The position numbers and the translations under genes are program-made. Source: Octopus vulgaris (taxonomy: Eukaryota). From it: a DNA stretch of 64,000 nt. Position 1 is the first letter of the stretch. Each line of letters starts with the position of its first letter. The notes under the pieces are model-generated. The model was given only the letters and a program-made list of their open reading frames with translations, searched no databases and was not told where the DNA came from. This document shows, piece by piece, positions 40,070-51,861 of the stretch. Location: positions 60,822,001 to 60,886,000 of the forward strand of contig OX597819.1 in NCBI GenBank assembly GCA_951406725.2, written 5' to 3'.

Positions 40070-40475
40070 ACATATGTGCATATATATATATGCTATACAT
40101 GTATATATGTGCATATATATATGCTATACATGTATATGTGCATATATATATGCTATACATGTATATATGTGCATATATATATGCTATACGTGTATATATG
40201 TGCATATATATATGCTATACGTGTATATATGTGCATATATATATGCTATACGTGTATATGTGCATATATATATGCTATACGTGTATATGTGCATATATAT
40301 ATGCTATACGTGTATATGTGCATATATATATGCTATACGTGTATATGTGCATATATATATGCTATACGTGTATATGTGCATATATATATGCTATACGTGT
40401 ATATGTGCATATATATATGCTATACGTGTATATGTGCATATATATGCTATACATGTATATATGTGCATATATATA
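40070..40475. repeat. Minisatellite, ~29-31-bp unit GTATATGTGCATATATATATGCTATACGT
   Basis: More than 12 tandem units. Confidence 0.9.
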
Positions 40476-41918
40476 TGTATATTTTTTTTTTAGTTTAAGC
40501 TCAGAGCTGCGGCCATGCTGATGCACCGCCGTTTTGCTACACTGTTATTACTAAGAGCCTCCTCTAATATGTGACACGTGTCCGTTTGATTGGAAAATTT
40601 CTATAAGTGGCTGAAGATTGCTCAACATTTTAAAACTGATGTAATACTTAGTGTTTTATAAAATGAAGTAGCATGAAACGATTGTACCACATTACTTCGG
40701 ATATACTTGCTACTTATTTTGATTATATTATTTTGATTATATTATTATTTTGATTATGTGTGTGTGTGCATATATATACTAAACATGTTTATATATATGC
40801 ATATATGCTACATATATGTATATATATATATATGCAATATATATATGCATGTGTATATACATATACTATATATGTATATATATATGTGCATGTGTGTATA
40901 TACTATATATGTATATATATATGTGCATGTGTGTATATACTATATATGTATATATATATGTGCATGTGTGTATATACTATATATGTATATATATATGTGC
41001 ATGTGTGTATATGCTATATATGTATATATATATGTGTATATGCTATATATGTATATATATATATATGTGTATGTGTATATGCTATATATGTATATATATA
41101 TATATGTGTATGTGTATATATACTATATATATATATATATATGTGTATGTATACTATATATATATATATATATATATGTGTATGTGTATATATATTATAT
41201 ATATATATATGTATGTGTATATATATTATATATATATATGTATGTGTATATATATTATATATATATATATGTGTATGTGTATATATACTACATATATATA
41301 TATATATGTGCTTGTGTATATATATACTATATATGTATATATATACTATATATGTATATATATATATGTGCTTGTGTATATATATACTATATATGTATAT
41401 GCATATATGTGCATGTGTGTATATATATATGCTTGTGTATATATATATATATATATATATTCTATATATATATATTTTCACGTATATGTTCATATACATG
41501 TATATGTAGATATAGTTCCAAGGCAGCTTTATCTCTAAAGTCATCTTCATGATCGATTAAGTAATGCAATATGAAACCCCTGGTTATAGGTGCATGATTA
41601 CCCTAATGCTGAGATAAATTGCTTTGATATAAACATTTTAATTCACGTGGCAGACGATGTTTTGAGTATAAAATAATATAAAAACCACCATAGTAGTACC
41701 GCCGACTGATAGGTTCCTTGATTAATTGTTTGAAAGGTTTCTCATTATTTCAAATTTAACTTTTTATTTATTTATTTATTTATTTATTTTCATTTGAATT
41801 TGTTTTCCTAGAGAGGAGGGTTCTTAGATAGATATATAAAATATGCTTGGCGACCTGACTGAAAGCCTGCCAGTCTGTCTCTCTGTCTGTTGGTCGATCG
41901 GTCTCTGTCTATGTATCT

Positions 41919-42027
41919 AATTTTACTTTTTTTCTTATTTTCCCTCTTTTTTTTCATTTTCGAAAAGAAGAGCTCTACATTTGTATTTGCTCCCTCTGTG
42001 TTCAGCCCTGTGTGGCCAATAAAGAAA
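41919..42027 (+). mobile_element. LINE-type 3' UTR fragment sharing the young SINE-A tail
   Basis: Ends TTTGCTCCCTCTGTGTTCAGCCCTGTGTGGCCAATAAAGAAA, but the upstream sequence is unrelated to the SINE-A body; inserted in (TATC)n. Confidence 0.6.
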
Positions 42028-42136
42028 GTTATCTATCTATCTATCTGTCTGTCTGTCAGTCTGTCTGTCTCTTTCTTTCTTTCTTTCATTATAAATGATT
42101 TAGTAGATGCATAATTTAGCCGCCTATATTCATTTT

Positions 42137-42255
42137 GCTTACGGCCATATCACGTTGAAAGCACCGGTTCTCGTCCGCTCACCGAAGTTAAGCAACATCG
42201 AGCCTAGTTAGTACTTAGATGGGTGACCGCTTGGGAAACCTAGGTGCTGTAAGCA
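42137..42255 (+). rRNA. 5S rRNA: 5S rRNA sequence (full length; probably a retrocopy or SINE head rather than a functional gene)
   Basis: GCTTACGGCCATATCACGTTGAAAGCACCGGTTCTCGTCCG...AGTTAAGCAAC...GATGGGTGACCGCTTGGGAAACCTAGGTGCTGTAAGCA. Terminal helix GCTTAC/GTAAGC and boxes A and C are present. There is no T4+ terminator, the copy is isolated, and a few conserved positions are substituted. Confidence 0.93.
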
Positions 42256-42264
42256 TTCCATTAG

Positions 42265-42664
42265 GGCGGCGAGCTGGCAGAAACGTTAGCACGCCGGGCG
42301 AAATGCGTAGCCCTATTTCGTCTGCCGTTACGTTCTGAGTTCAAATTCCGCCGAGGTCGACTTTGCCTTTCACCCTGTCGGGGTCGATTAAATAAGTACC
42401 AGTTAAGCACTGGGGTCAATATAATCGACTTAATCCGTTTGTCTGTCCTTGTTTGTCCTATCTGCGTCTAGCCCCTTGTGGGTAGTAAAGAAATAGGTAT
42501 TTCGTCTGTCGTTACGTTCTGAGTTCAAATTCCGCCGAGGTCGACTTTGCCTTTCATCCTTTCGGGGTCGATAAAGTACCAGTTTCGCACTGGGGTCTCT
42601 GTAATCGACTTAATCCCTTTGTCGTTGTTTGTCCCCTCTATGTTTAGAGGGTAGTAAAGAAATA
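42265..42664 (+). mobile_element. Young SINE-A, head plus two bodies, fused 3' of 5S
   Basis: The second body starts at GGTATTTCG (42496). The whole 5S+SINE unit is flanked by TATATTCATTT (42125-42135, 42665-42675). Confidence 0.9.
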
Positions 42665-43316
42665 TATATTCATTTATAGGAACTTAGTAAAGGATTCTCC
42701 TCCGGTTCTGACGATGAATATTGATGCTACGTATTAGTGTGTGTTCCTGTGGCCGATTAGACCATAGAGACGCATATACTCCTATCGTATTTATCAGTTA
42801 CAATCATCTCTGATTTCGTCAAGTTCTTTCAAGTACAACACTCGAACAATTTTCTTTCTCAATGAGTCATTATTTTCGATTATGTCTAAGATTTAATTTC
42901 ATAGCTGACAGTGCTTAAATACAAATATAAAGGGAAGTAGGAACAAGCAAAGTAATATTGGTTTTAAATTTTGGCACAAGGCCAACAATTTTGGGGCAGG
43001 ATTTAAGTCGATTACATCAACCTCAGTGCTCAACTGGTACTTATTTTATCGACCCCGAAAGGATGAAACACAAAGTCGAGCGCAGCGGAATATATATATA
43101 TATATTATATTTCTAAATCTCTGAGGGATTTATACAGTAGCAGCACGATAAAGTGATGGTATGTTGGCAACTTAATATGACAGTCTCATGAAAGGGAAGA
43201 ATGCTACTGCTATTTAGCCCTAGGAAACACCGTTTCCTGTTGGCCATGACACATTTTCTGTATCCTTATGTTTTCAAAGGAGGAGATAAGCACCTCTACC
43301 CAAAATAAGACAGCAA

Positions 43317-43359
43317 TCCAGAGACTAGTTTCAGAGTCATTGCTCATCATCAGTCTGGA
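43317..43359 (-). ncRNA. Minimal type I hammerhead ribozyme motif, canonical core
   Basis: rc = UCCAGA-CUGAUGA-U-GAG(CAAUGA)CUC-U-GAAA-CUAG-UC|UCUGGA: 6-bp stem I, GUC cleavage triplet, palindromic ACUAGU loop 3. Confidence 0.78.
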
Positions 43360-43447
43360 GTAGCATGGCTTGCTAGCTGTCGATGCTTATTCGCCTTTAA
43401 AAACATTTCAAGTAAAATACATTCACTGATTTCGAAAATAGAAATAT

Positions 43448-43500
<53 letters not shown>

Positions 43501-43582
43501 TGTTTGTATATGTGTGCGTGTGTATATATATGTGTGTGTATATATATATGTATATATGCGTGATTGTATATGTGTGCTTGTG

Positions 43583-43628
<46 letters not shown>

Positions 43629-44334
43629 TTCAGTGTGTGTGTTAACGATTCTGTCAGCTCGCCGCCTTAACAAGCAAAGGAATATTCTAGCAGCATTTCG
43701 TCTGTTTTAACGTGCTGAGTTCAAATTCCTCCGGGGTTGACTTTGCCTTTCATCCTTTCGTGATCGATAAAATAAGTACAAGTTATGCATTGGGGTCGAT
43801 GTAATTGAATTACTCCCCACCACAAAAAAAAAAAAAATTGCTGACTTTGTGCCAAAAATTGAAACTATTATTGTAGATGTTGTTGAAAGCGTTGATGAAT
43901 TCATGATGTATTTAGCAAGCCGGGAAGAGTAATGAAAAAAAACAGAAAGTAAATAAAGTAATTTAGTTCGAAATAAACGATTATTATAGTGGAGGAGCAA
44001 AAAAATATGGCGGCTTTTTATAAATTTCAACCAGTTGCCTTCTCTAGTTGATTAAATCTCGAGGTGGAGCCTCTTTATTTGATGGGAACCAATTCCTTTT
44101 TTTGTCATTGAAAGATTCTTCCGAATGTAGATGTACAATACTATCACGATAAAACATACATACATAGCGTATACATGCATAACATATACATACATTCATA
44201 GCCACACATACACACACAATCTTTCCCTTCCTTTTAAGCGTTAAACTAATACATTTTTTAAAACTTGTATCCTCGTGCTGTTTGATTTTTTTTGCTCATT
44301 ACCTAATATATGTATTTATGTATGTATTTATTTC

Positions 44335-44550
44335 AATATGTGACCGCGCGTGTATCGTTGGCGATTTTCTTTTTCCGTCTTCCCTTCTTTGAACTTTTTC
44401 TATATTTCTGATGAAGAACTCCGCTCGAAACGTGAAATCCTCTTTTCTTTCCTTTCTTGAGCGTCCAATAATACTGTACTTATTCCACGTCCTCGCGTTG
44501 TTTTTTCTTGCTTGTTCATGTTTGGATTTATTATTCTGTCCCCACAGCGA
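44335..44550 (+). mobile_element. Penelope-like terminal repeat with hammerhead-like motif at 44404-44438
   Basis: ATTT-CTGATGA-A-GAAC(TCC)GCTC-GAAA-CG-TG-AAAT; downstream GAGCGT..AATA block similar to HHR family 1. Confidence 0.6.
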
Positions 44551-44695
44551 TCTTGAAAAACTGGCTTTTCTCAAATCCAGTAAAGTTACGGCTAATTAGG
44601 GAAATTACAATCAGACGCCATTTATAGAACTGTGGAAAGATGTTAAACATTCTAGAGGTTTATTCTATGATACATAAATAGATACATAGAGAAAC

Positions 44696-44732
<37 letters not shown>

Positions 44733-45316
44733 TACGCCTACATAAAATACATAAGCTAAAACAAGGGGTTCACACACAGTGACATGCATGCTTATACCCA
44801 TATACATTTGTGCGCAGATATATATGTACAAGAAGACATACACGTATAGATAGATAAGATAGATAGATAGATACATACATGCGAACACGCACGACTACTT
44901 AGTTTAATGTCAACATTTCAAAGAAAAAGCTTCGTATGTGAAAGCAGTTCTTTCTTTGTTAGTAGGAAATTTAAAAGAAAAAAACCCATCGTCATGTAAG
45001 TGAATCTCCTAGAAAGAAATTGTGGAGGTCCATAGTATATATATATATATAATCTGTGCATCTTACTAAATGATCGATTAAAAAACCTTTTTAAGCGTAG
45101 CCCCAGCGTGTTCGGAAGTCGATGACTGAAACAAGTAAAAGAATAAAAGAATATTTGTACTCCACACGTATGCGCGCCCGCGCGCGCGCGTGTGTGTATA
45201 ATGGATATATGTACGCATATATTTTTACACATATACACACACACACACACACACACTTATATGGGAATCGCAGTAAAGTACAACCAGCCGTCAACAGTAT
45301 GGCTTGGTGATATGTG

Positions 45317-45864
45317 TTGGGTTGTCCGGAAAGTTCGTGCCGATTAATAGTAGCTTACCTTTCGACTTATTTTGAGTCCATAAAATAGGATTTGACTACA
45401 CTTCCATTTCTGCCACAGTTTAAGCTATCTTTTCGTGGAAGAAGGTTTATGTTCCTATAACCTGTGTTAATTCTGTAACCCTTTAAAATGGAAGATAAGT
45501 TCATTTTCAGCACTTGATACTTTGGGAACCAGACAAAAATTGCTGCAACTTAGCTGGGATGTGTCATCCCACCCTCCATATTCACCAGATATTGCTCCTT
45601 CGGATTTCCACTTATTCAGGTCTCTGCAGAATAGTCTTAATGGTAAAAATTTCAATTCCTTGGATGACGTAAAAAAATACCTAGATGAATTCTTTGCCAT
45701 GAAACCACCTCAATTCTGGGAAGGGGGTATTTTCAAGTTAAAGTAAAGATGGAGACGCAGTTTTCAACAAAATGGTTCATATTTAGTTGATTAAAAATGT
45801 GATGGCAAGTATTTGACATTTTTCTTTCCTTTAAAAATCGGCACGAACTTTCCGGACAACCCAA
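45317..45864 (+). mobile_element. Internally deleted mariner (DD34D) element
   Basis: Perfect 29-bp TIRs TTGGGTTGTCCGGAAAGTTCGTGCCGATT, TA at the right; transposase C-terminus HPPYSPDIAPSDFHLFRSLQNSL (ORF 45522-45746). Confidence 0.95.
45522..45746 (+). pseudogene. mariner transposase C-terminal fragment
   Basis: YSPDLAPSD-type motif; the N-terminus and catalytic centre are deleted. Confidence 0.9.
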
Positions 45865-46793
45865 TAGAATGATTTTGCTAGTTCTTTTAGGTGCCTATGT
45901 TGCCGTGAGCAGATATTGATAACCTCTCAGAACTTTAAACTTTAACGCAGCTGAACATCCAGGACACGTGACAACTATAAGGGGAGAGAGAGACGGGGGA
46001 GGGTTTGTATCAATACCCAGGTGGTACCTGTTACAGCTGAGTAAACTGGTGCGAAATCTAATGGAATGCCTCTCTCAAAAACACATAACAGCGCTCGATC
46101 GTAACCCGAACCCGCTAACCTACGCGCCTTCACTGTTTGAAATTAACGGATTGGATAAAGAACTGGACTTATTGGCGAAATATCTAATCGAATGCGCTAC
46201 AGGTGTTTCGTTCTGAAACTACATAGGACATCTATACAGATACCCAGGTACCTTAGTTGTTGGGTATTCTCCATCATTTTCTGGCAAACTGTCAACAGAA
46301 CTAAATATTTATTAACACATACCGTTAATAATTAAGTTGATATAATTATTTATTGTATCCTCATATGTGATAATTATCTCTTTATCTGTCTGACTGCCAG
46401 TCCACCTGCCTGTCTCTGTGTGTATCTGTGTGTGGGTCTGTCTGTATATCAGTTTTTCATGCTCTCGTGCATGCATTCTCTTCCCCTCTCCCTATTCATC
46501 TCTCTCTATGTATATATGAATGTGTATGTGTACACACATACACATGCATGCACACGTACTCACACACACACACACACCTATACACGCACACATTTGTTTT
46601 GGCTGGATGGTTTATTTATATATGCTAGTGTCTATTGCCAATGTGACCAGCGCTTCTCACTGCCAGCGGCAAAAGATTAAGTAGAGTGCTGAAGGATGTC
46701 TTCCCTTATTCTGAAACAAAGTAAATATTTCAAAATCGGACACTAAGTGACACGACACATAATATATCCCTCCAGTTGTTAGAAAAATTCACA

Positions 46794-46845
<52 letters not shown>

Positions 46846-46849
<4 letters not shown>

Positions 46850-47110
46850 AGATTTCACAAAAAAAATAAACAAAAGACGAAGACAGGTGGTGTAGACAAC
46901 AAACATGTATTAGTATAACGTTCGAGAAGTGAAAACGTCTTTTACGTTTCGAGCCTATGCTCTTCCACAGAAAGGAACACAGAAAGAAACAAGGAGAGAA
47001 AATAAAGAATGTGTAGTGGCTAGCTTTCTGTCATGGCAAATGCCGGACAGAAGGGTCACACAGGGGAGCTAGGGAGAAGGGGAGTTAATAAAGTGGTGGT
47101 GTAGGGAGTA
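46846..47110 (-). mobile_element. HHR family 1 repeat; motif at 46939-46974 (core CUGUGGA)
   Basis: rc CUUU-CUGUGGA-A-GAGC(AUAG)GCUC-GAAA-CG-UA-AAAG; abuts (TA)n. Confidence 0.7.
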
Positions 47111-47340
47111 TAACTCCAAACTTACAGGGAAAAATTCAATTTAGTATTAAAAAAATTTCACATTGTAAATATATACTATATATAAATTAGAGAATTTACT
47201 TATTATATATTGTTTATTCATTTTTTTGTACTTTTTGTGATCTAGTTATGTTTTATAATATATTTTACTTTTTCTTTATGATTTGGTTTATGTCTATCAT
47301 TGTTTGAATTACATAGTGGTTTTTCTCTAATTTATATATA

Positions 47341-47666
47341 AAGGTAAAGACCCCCTTCGGTCATGAGTGACCATGGGTTTGCACCTAGAGAGTTACCCTC
47401 TGAGGCACAAGTCTGGGCAAGGTTGTTTTTATGGAAGATCAGTAGTCGCCCATGCATACCGGCCTCCCCTCTCTACGCCACCAGTGTTATCCAAGGGAAA
47501 GACAAAGGTCGATACAGCTTGGCACCTGTGACGTCGCAACTCATTTCTACAGCTGAGTGAACTGGAGCAACGTGAAAATAAAGTGCTTTGCTCAAGAACA
47601 CAACACGCAGCCCGGTCCGGGATTCGAGCTCACAACCTCACGATCGTAAGCTCGACGCTCTAACCA
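47341..47666 (-). mobile_element. SINE-D
   Basis: Homologous to 15506-15812. Confidence 0.88.
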
Positions 47667-48204
47667 TAAATATATACACACGCACATACATACAAGGTGG
47701 CCATAAAGTAGGTTTACAGTTTATTCAACTGTCTCTTCTGTATTCATTTATTAACAGTTTAGATCTTAATTATAAAAAAAATATGAAACCATTATTCTGT
47801 GCTAATTTAGTTAATTTTGTCAGGCTCCCTTTTCAGTTTGTAAGTTAGAAATTTAAATGTAATAAAATGTAACGACAGGTGAAACACCGCTAGGCATTTC
47901 GTCGTCCAGCGTTCTAAGGATTCTGCCAGTTTCAAATTTTGGCCCAAGGCCAGTAATTTTGAGAGGAATGGGGTAAGTCGATACCATCGACCCCCCCCAG
48001 TATTTTATTGACCCCGAAAAGATGAAAGGCATAGTTAAACTCAAAAGGATTTGCACTTAGAATTCAGAACTTAAAAAGCCGATAGAAATTTTGCAAGATA
48101 TGGCACGAGGCCAGCAATTTGGACGTAAGGGTTAGTCCATAAGATCACTCCTTAGCCCAATGCTTGACTGGTTCTTTTATTTTATCTATCCTAAAAGGAT
48201 GCAT

Positions 48205-48430
48205 TGTTTCACGTTGCTCCAGTCCGCTCAGCTGGCAAAAATGAGTAGTGCCTGTATTTCAAAGGGCCAGCCTTGTAACATTCTGTGTCACGCTAAATCT
48301 CCCTGAGAACTACATTAAGGGTACACGTGTCTGTGGAGTGCTCAGTCACTTGCACATTAATTTCACGAGCAGGCTGTTCCATTGACCGGATCGGCCGGAA
48401 CACTCGTCGTCGTACCCGACGGGGTGCCAG
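48205..48430 (+). mobile_element. SINE tail type 1 preceded by a CORE-like segment
   Basis: CCTGTATTTCAAAGGGCCAGCC...CGTCGTACCCGACGG as in 18170-18349. Confidence 0.8.
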
Positions 48431-49006
48431 AAAAGGATGAAAGGCAAAGAGCTGGAAGAGAAGTCCTTAAGTATTTTTGTATTTACCTATGAGACTGACA
48501 ATTCTGCAAATCCAACATCCTTAGGTCGAAACTAATTAACGTAAGACATTTCGCCCGACGCTCTTAACTGAGTCCATCCATCCATTGTACTTATAATAAA
48601 AAAAGAAACCAATACATTTTGTAGGGAGTTAATCAACTATACTGATCCCAATATTTGACAGGCAACTAGAGCATTGGACTGGCAGAATCGTTAGGGCATC
48701 GGAAAATTGCTTGGCGATATTTGTTCCAAATTCATACGTTCGAATTTCAAATACTATAGGGGTCAATTTTTTAAGGTGGTGAATTGGCAGAATCATTACA
48801 ACGCCGGACAAAATGCTGAGCGGCGTTTCTTCCGTCTTTACGTTCTGAGTTCAAACTCCGCCAAGGTTGAATTTGCCTTTCGTCCTTTCGGCGTCGATAA
48901 AATAAATACCAGTTTAACACTGGAGTCGATGTAATCAACTTATACCCCTCCTCCGAAATTGTGCCAAAAGTTGAAGCCAATTTTTAACTGGTAACCTATT
49001 TTATCG

Positions 49007-49938
49007 ACAATAACGTATCCACTCATTCTTAATGCGTTTGACCGATTCGAACGTGAATGTCTGATCTCATTGTTGCTCTTCTGTCAACGGAGAACACTTA
49101 CTTCCTTTAGACCAGTAGTTCTCAACTGGGGTCCATATAAGATTTTAGTGGGGGTCCGCACAAGCAGAATAATAAATTGGGTCTACAGTAGTATTTTATG
49201 GGTCCACGGAAAATTTTTGCTTAAAATGTATTTAACAAGAAACAACTAGTTTTCTTTCTCTTTCAACTTACACATGAGAGTGTGTGATGAACAAAATAGG
49301 AATTCCGAAAGAAGTATCTATAAAACAATGTTTTAAAGCATAAAAATGGCTATGGGCATCCACCAGAATAAAATAATAATCAAAGGGTTCCATAAGTTAA
49401 AAATGGTTGAGAACCACTGCTTTAGCCGATGTGTGTTCATAACACATGGTATTCACTTTGAGATACTGTTTTTTTCATCCCCGTTGTGTGTCTTCTTAGT
49501 CGAAGCTACCCAACCAGACCGATGAGGCCGAGCTCTTGTTTATAGGAATCAGCAGACAGATTATTTGCTGATATGTGCCGATGTTTTCCAAACAAATAAT
49601 AATTCCTAGGGTACGTGTAGAAGAGCGGGAATCCGAACAGTAATGTATTTATTTTTTCTTATTACGTTCAGGCATTTTCGAACGTAAATACCTGATCATT
49701 GTTGCTTTCCGTCGTATCCTTATCATATTAACCAGTCTGGTGAGGTAGCTTCGACCGAGGAGGCATACAATGCGGTCAAAACACTGCGATGTCTCGTGAT
49801 GAATCTCTTGTGCTATGTACAAACATCATCTAGGGGAAGATGAACAAACATAATCTCCGGTGATGCTAAGCAACAGCGTTCAGTTATTCACGTTTGAATC
49901 TGCCATAACGAATTAAGATTGAATAGATACGTTATTGT
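49007..49938. mobile_element. Old long-inverted-repeat (foldback/MULE-like) element
   Basis: Perfect outer 13 bp ACAATAACGTATC/GATACGTTATTGT and ~200-bp degenerate arms (e.g. GTCGAAGCTACC/GGTAGCTTCGAC). Confidence 0.6.
49113..49419. mobile_element. hAT (Charlie-like) MITE nested in the foldback arm
   Basis: CAGTAGTTCTCAAC / GTTGAGAACCACTG; 8-bp TSD CTTTAG(A/C)C. Confidence 0.9.
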
Positions 49939-50814
49939 TTGGATTCTTGATGTTATTCACGCATCCAAGGAATTATTATTTTATCGATTCAGAAAGGTCA
50001 ACTAAAAGGCAAAGCCAACTTCAGGAGCATTCCAAACTTAGAAAGGAGGAAACATGTAACAAAGTCCATCTCGCCTGAGTTATAAAGTAAATAATTCTAT
50101 CTACTATGAGCACAAAACCTGAAATTATGGTGGAAAGAGAGCAAGTCGATTGCATTTACCCCTACTGCTCGTCTGGCTTATCGTTACCGATAAGATGAAA
50201 CGCAAAGTCAGTCTCAGTGGTTTTTGAACCCAGGACGTAAAGTCGGACGAAATGCCACTAAGCATTTTGTCCGTTGCGCTAACCATTCTGCCAACCCGCT
50301 GCCTTACTAAATTATGCTTTCTTCTATGGGAACAAGTCCTGAAGTTTTGAGGGAAGGATAAATAATATAGTCGGTTTCAGCGGCATTTGAACTCAGAATG
50401 AAAAGACGGACTAAATGCCGTTAAGCATTTTGTCCGGTGTGTTAACGATTCTGCCAGCTCGCCGCTTTAACTGCCTTACTGAATAATGCCAGTATTTTGT
50501 TCGGCGCTCCTCGACTGATGATGCTAATCACATCACCTCAAACTAATACACGCAAACGCAAAAGCCATCCTTTCAAAGAATGACACTGACCGGATATTCT
50601 GAAAGATTTTCGTAATAATTCCTTCACATCTACAAGAGACAAGAAAGCTCTTTCCGGCATTTCCATTACTTGCCCTTTTAGACTCAATAGCATCTAAGTA
50701 CTTAATGACATGTCCACCATTTCACATATTTTTCATTACTGCCGACCATGCTTTTAATATATCTATGTTAACATACATGTTTACACAGATTTAGACACGT
50801 GTGTGTATGTTTAT

Positions 50815-50860
<46 letters not shown>

Positions 50861-51323
50861 ACACATATATATACATACACGCACATATATACACATATAC
50901 ACACAATTATATACACACACATGTATATTAATGCATACATAAACACACACACATACATACACGCACAAACACACACACACACCTATATATATACACACAC
51001 ATATACACGCACACATATATGTATATACATGTATACACAAACGCACTCGCATATTGAACATATATATATACATGTACACACATGCACACATACAGAGAGA
51101 GAGAGAGAGAGAGGAAGAGAAAAATGCGTATATAAGTGCAAATATTTTTCGAACATGCATATACATGCATGTATGTAGGCATGCAGACATAATAAGCACA
51201 TACATAGACACCATTGTATTATGTTCTTTTGTTAATTGATATTGTATAAACGTTTCAAATGTTCATTTACAAAATTTGTGTGCTTGAACAAATATATAAT
51301 CAGGTATGCATATGAAGATTATT

Positions 51324-51372
<49 letters not shown>

Positions 51373-51373
51373 G

Positions 51374-51409
<36 letters not shown>

Positions 51410-51861
51410 ATGAATTCTCTTTAAAAGAAAAGTGAAAATATTTCGAATTTAGATAAGTGTACATGTATACACACATAGATACATGTGCAAATGCATATAT
51501 ATATATATATATGTGCGTGTACACGCACATACACTAATACTCACATACGCACACACTGAAATATACAGTGGTCCAATAAGTTTTCAACAGTCAGAAAGAA
51601 CAGGTACTCGTGTATCAGGTAATAGAGTAGATATACTATTATTTAAAAAAAATATTATTATAGTCTCCTTGCAGCCAATTATTGTTACGGAACGGTTTCA
51701 TGTAAATAAGCTTCTAGGGCAAAATATGGGCTCTTTGCTACTGTAGAGAGCCGAGGCCATACTTTTCCATTCAGCTATGTACGATGAGTTAATTTATTTT
51801 TATAGTTTTGGAAAGTTACCAACATGAAACTATTGGGTGGCAATAATAATAATTATTATAA

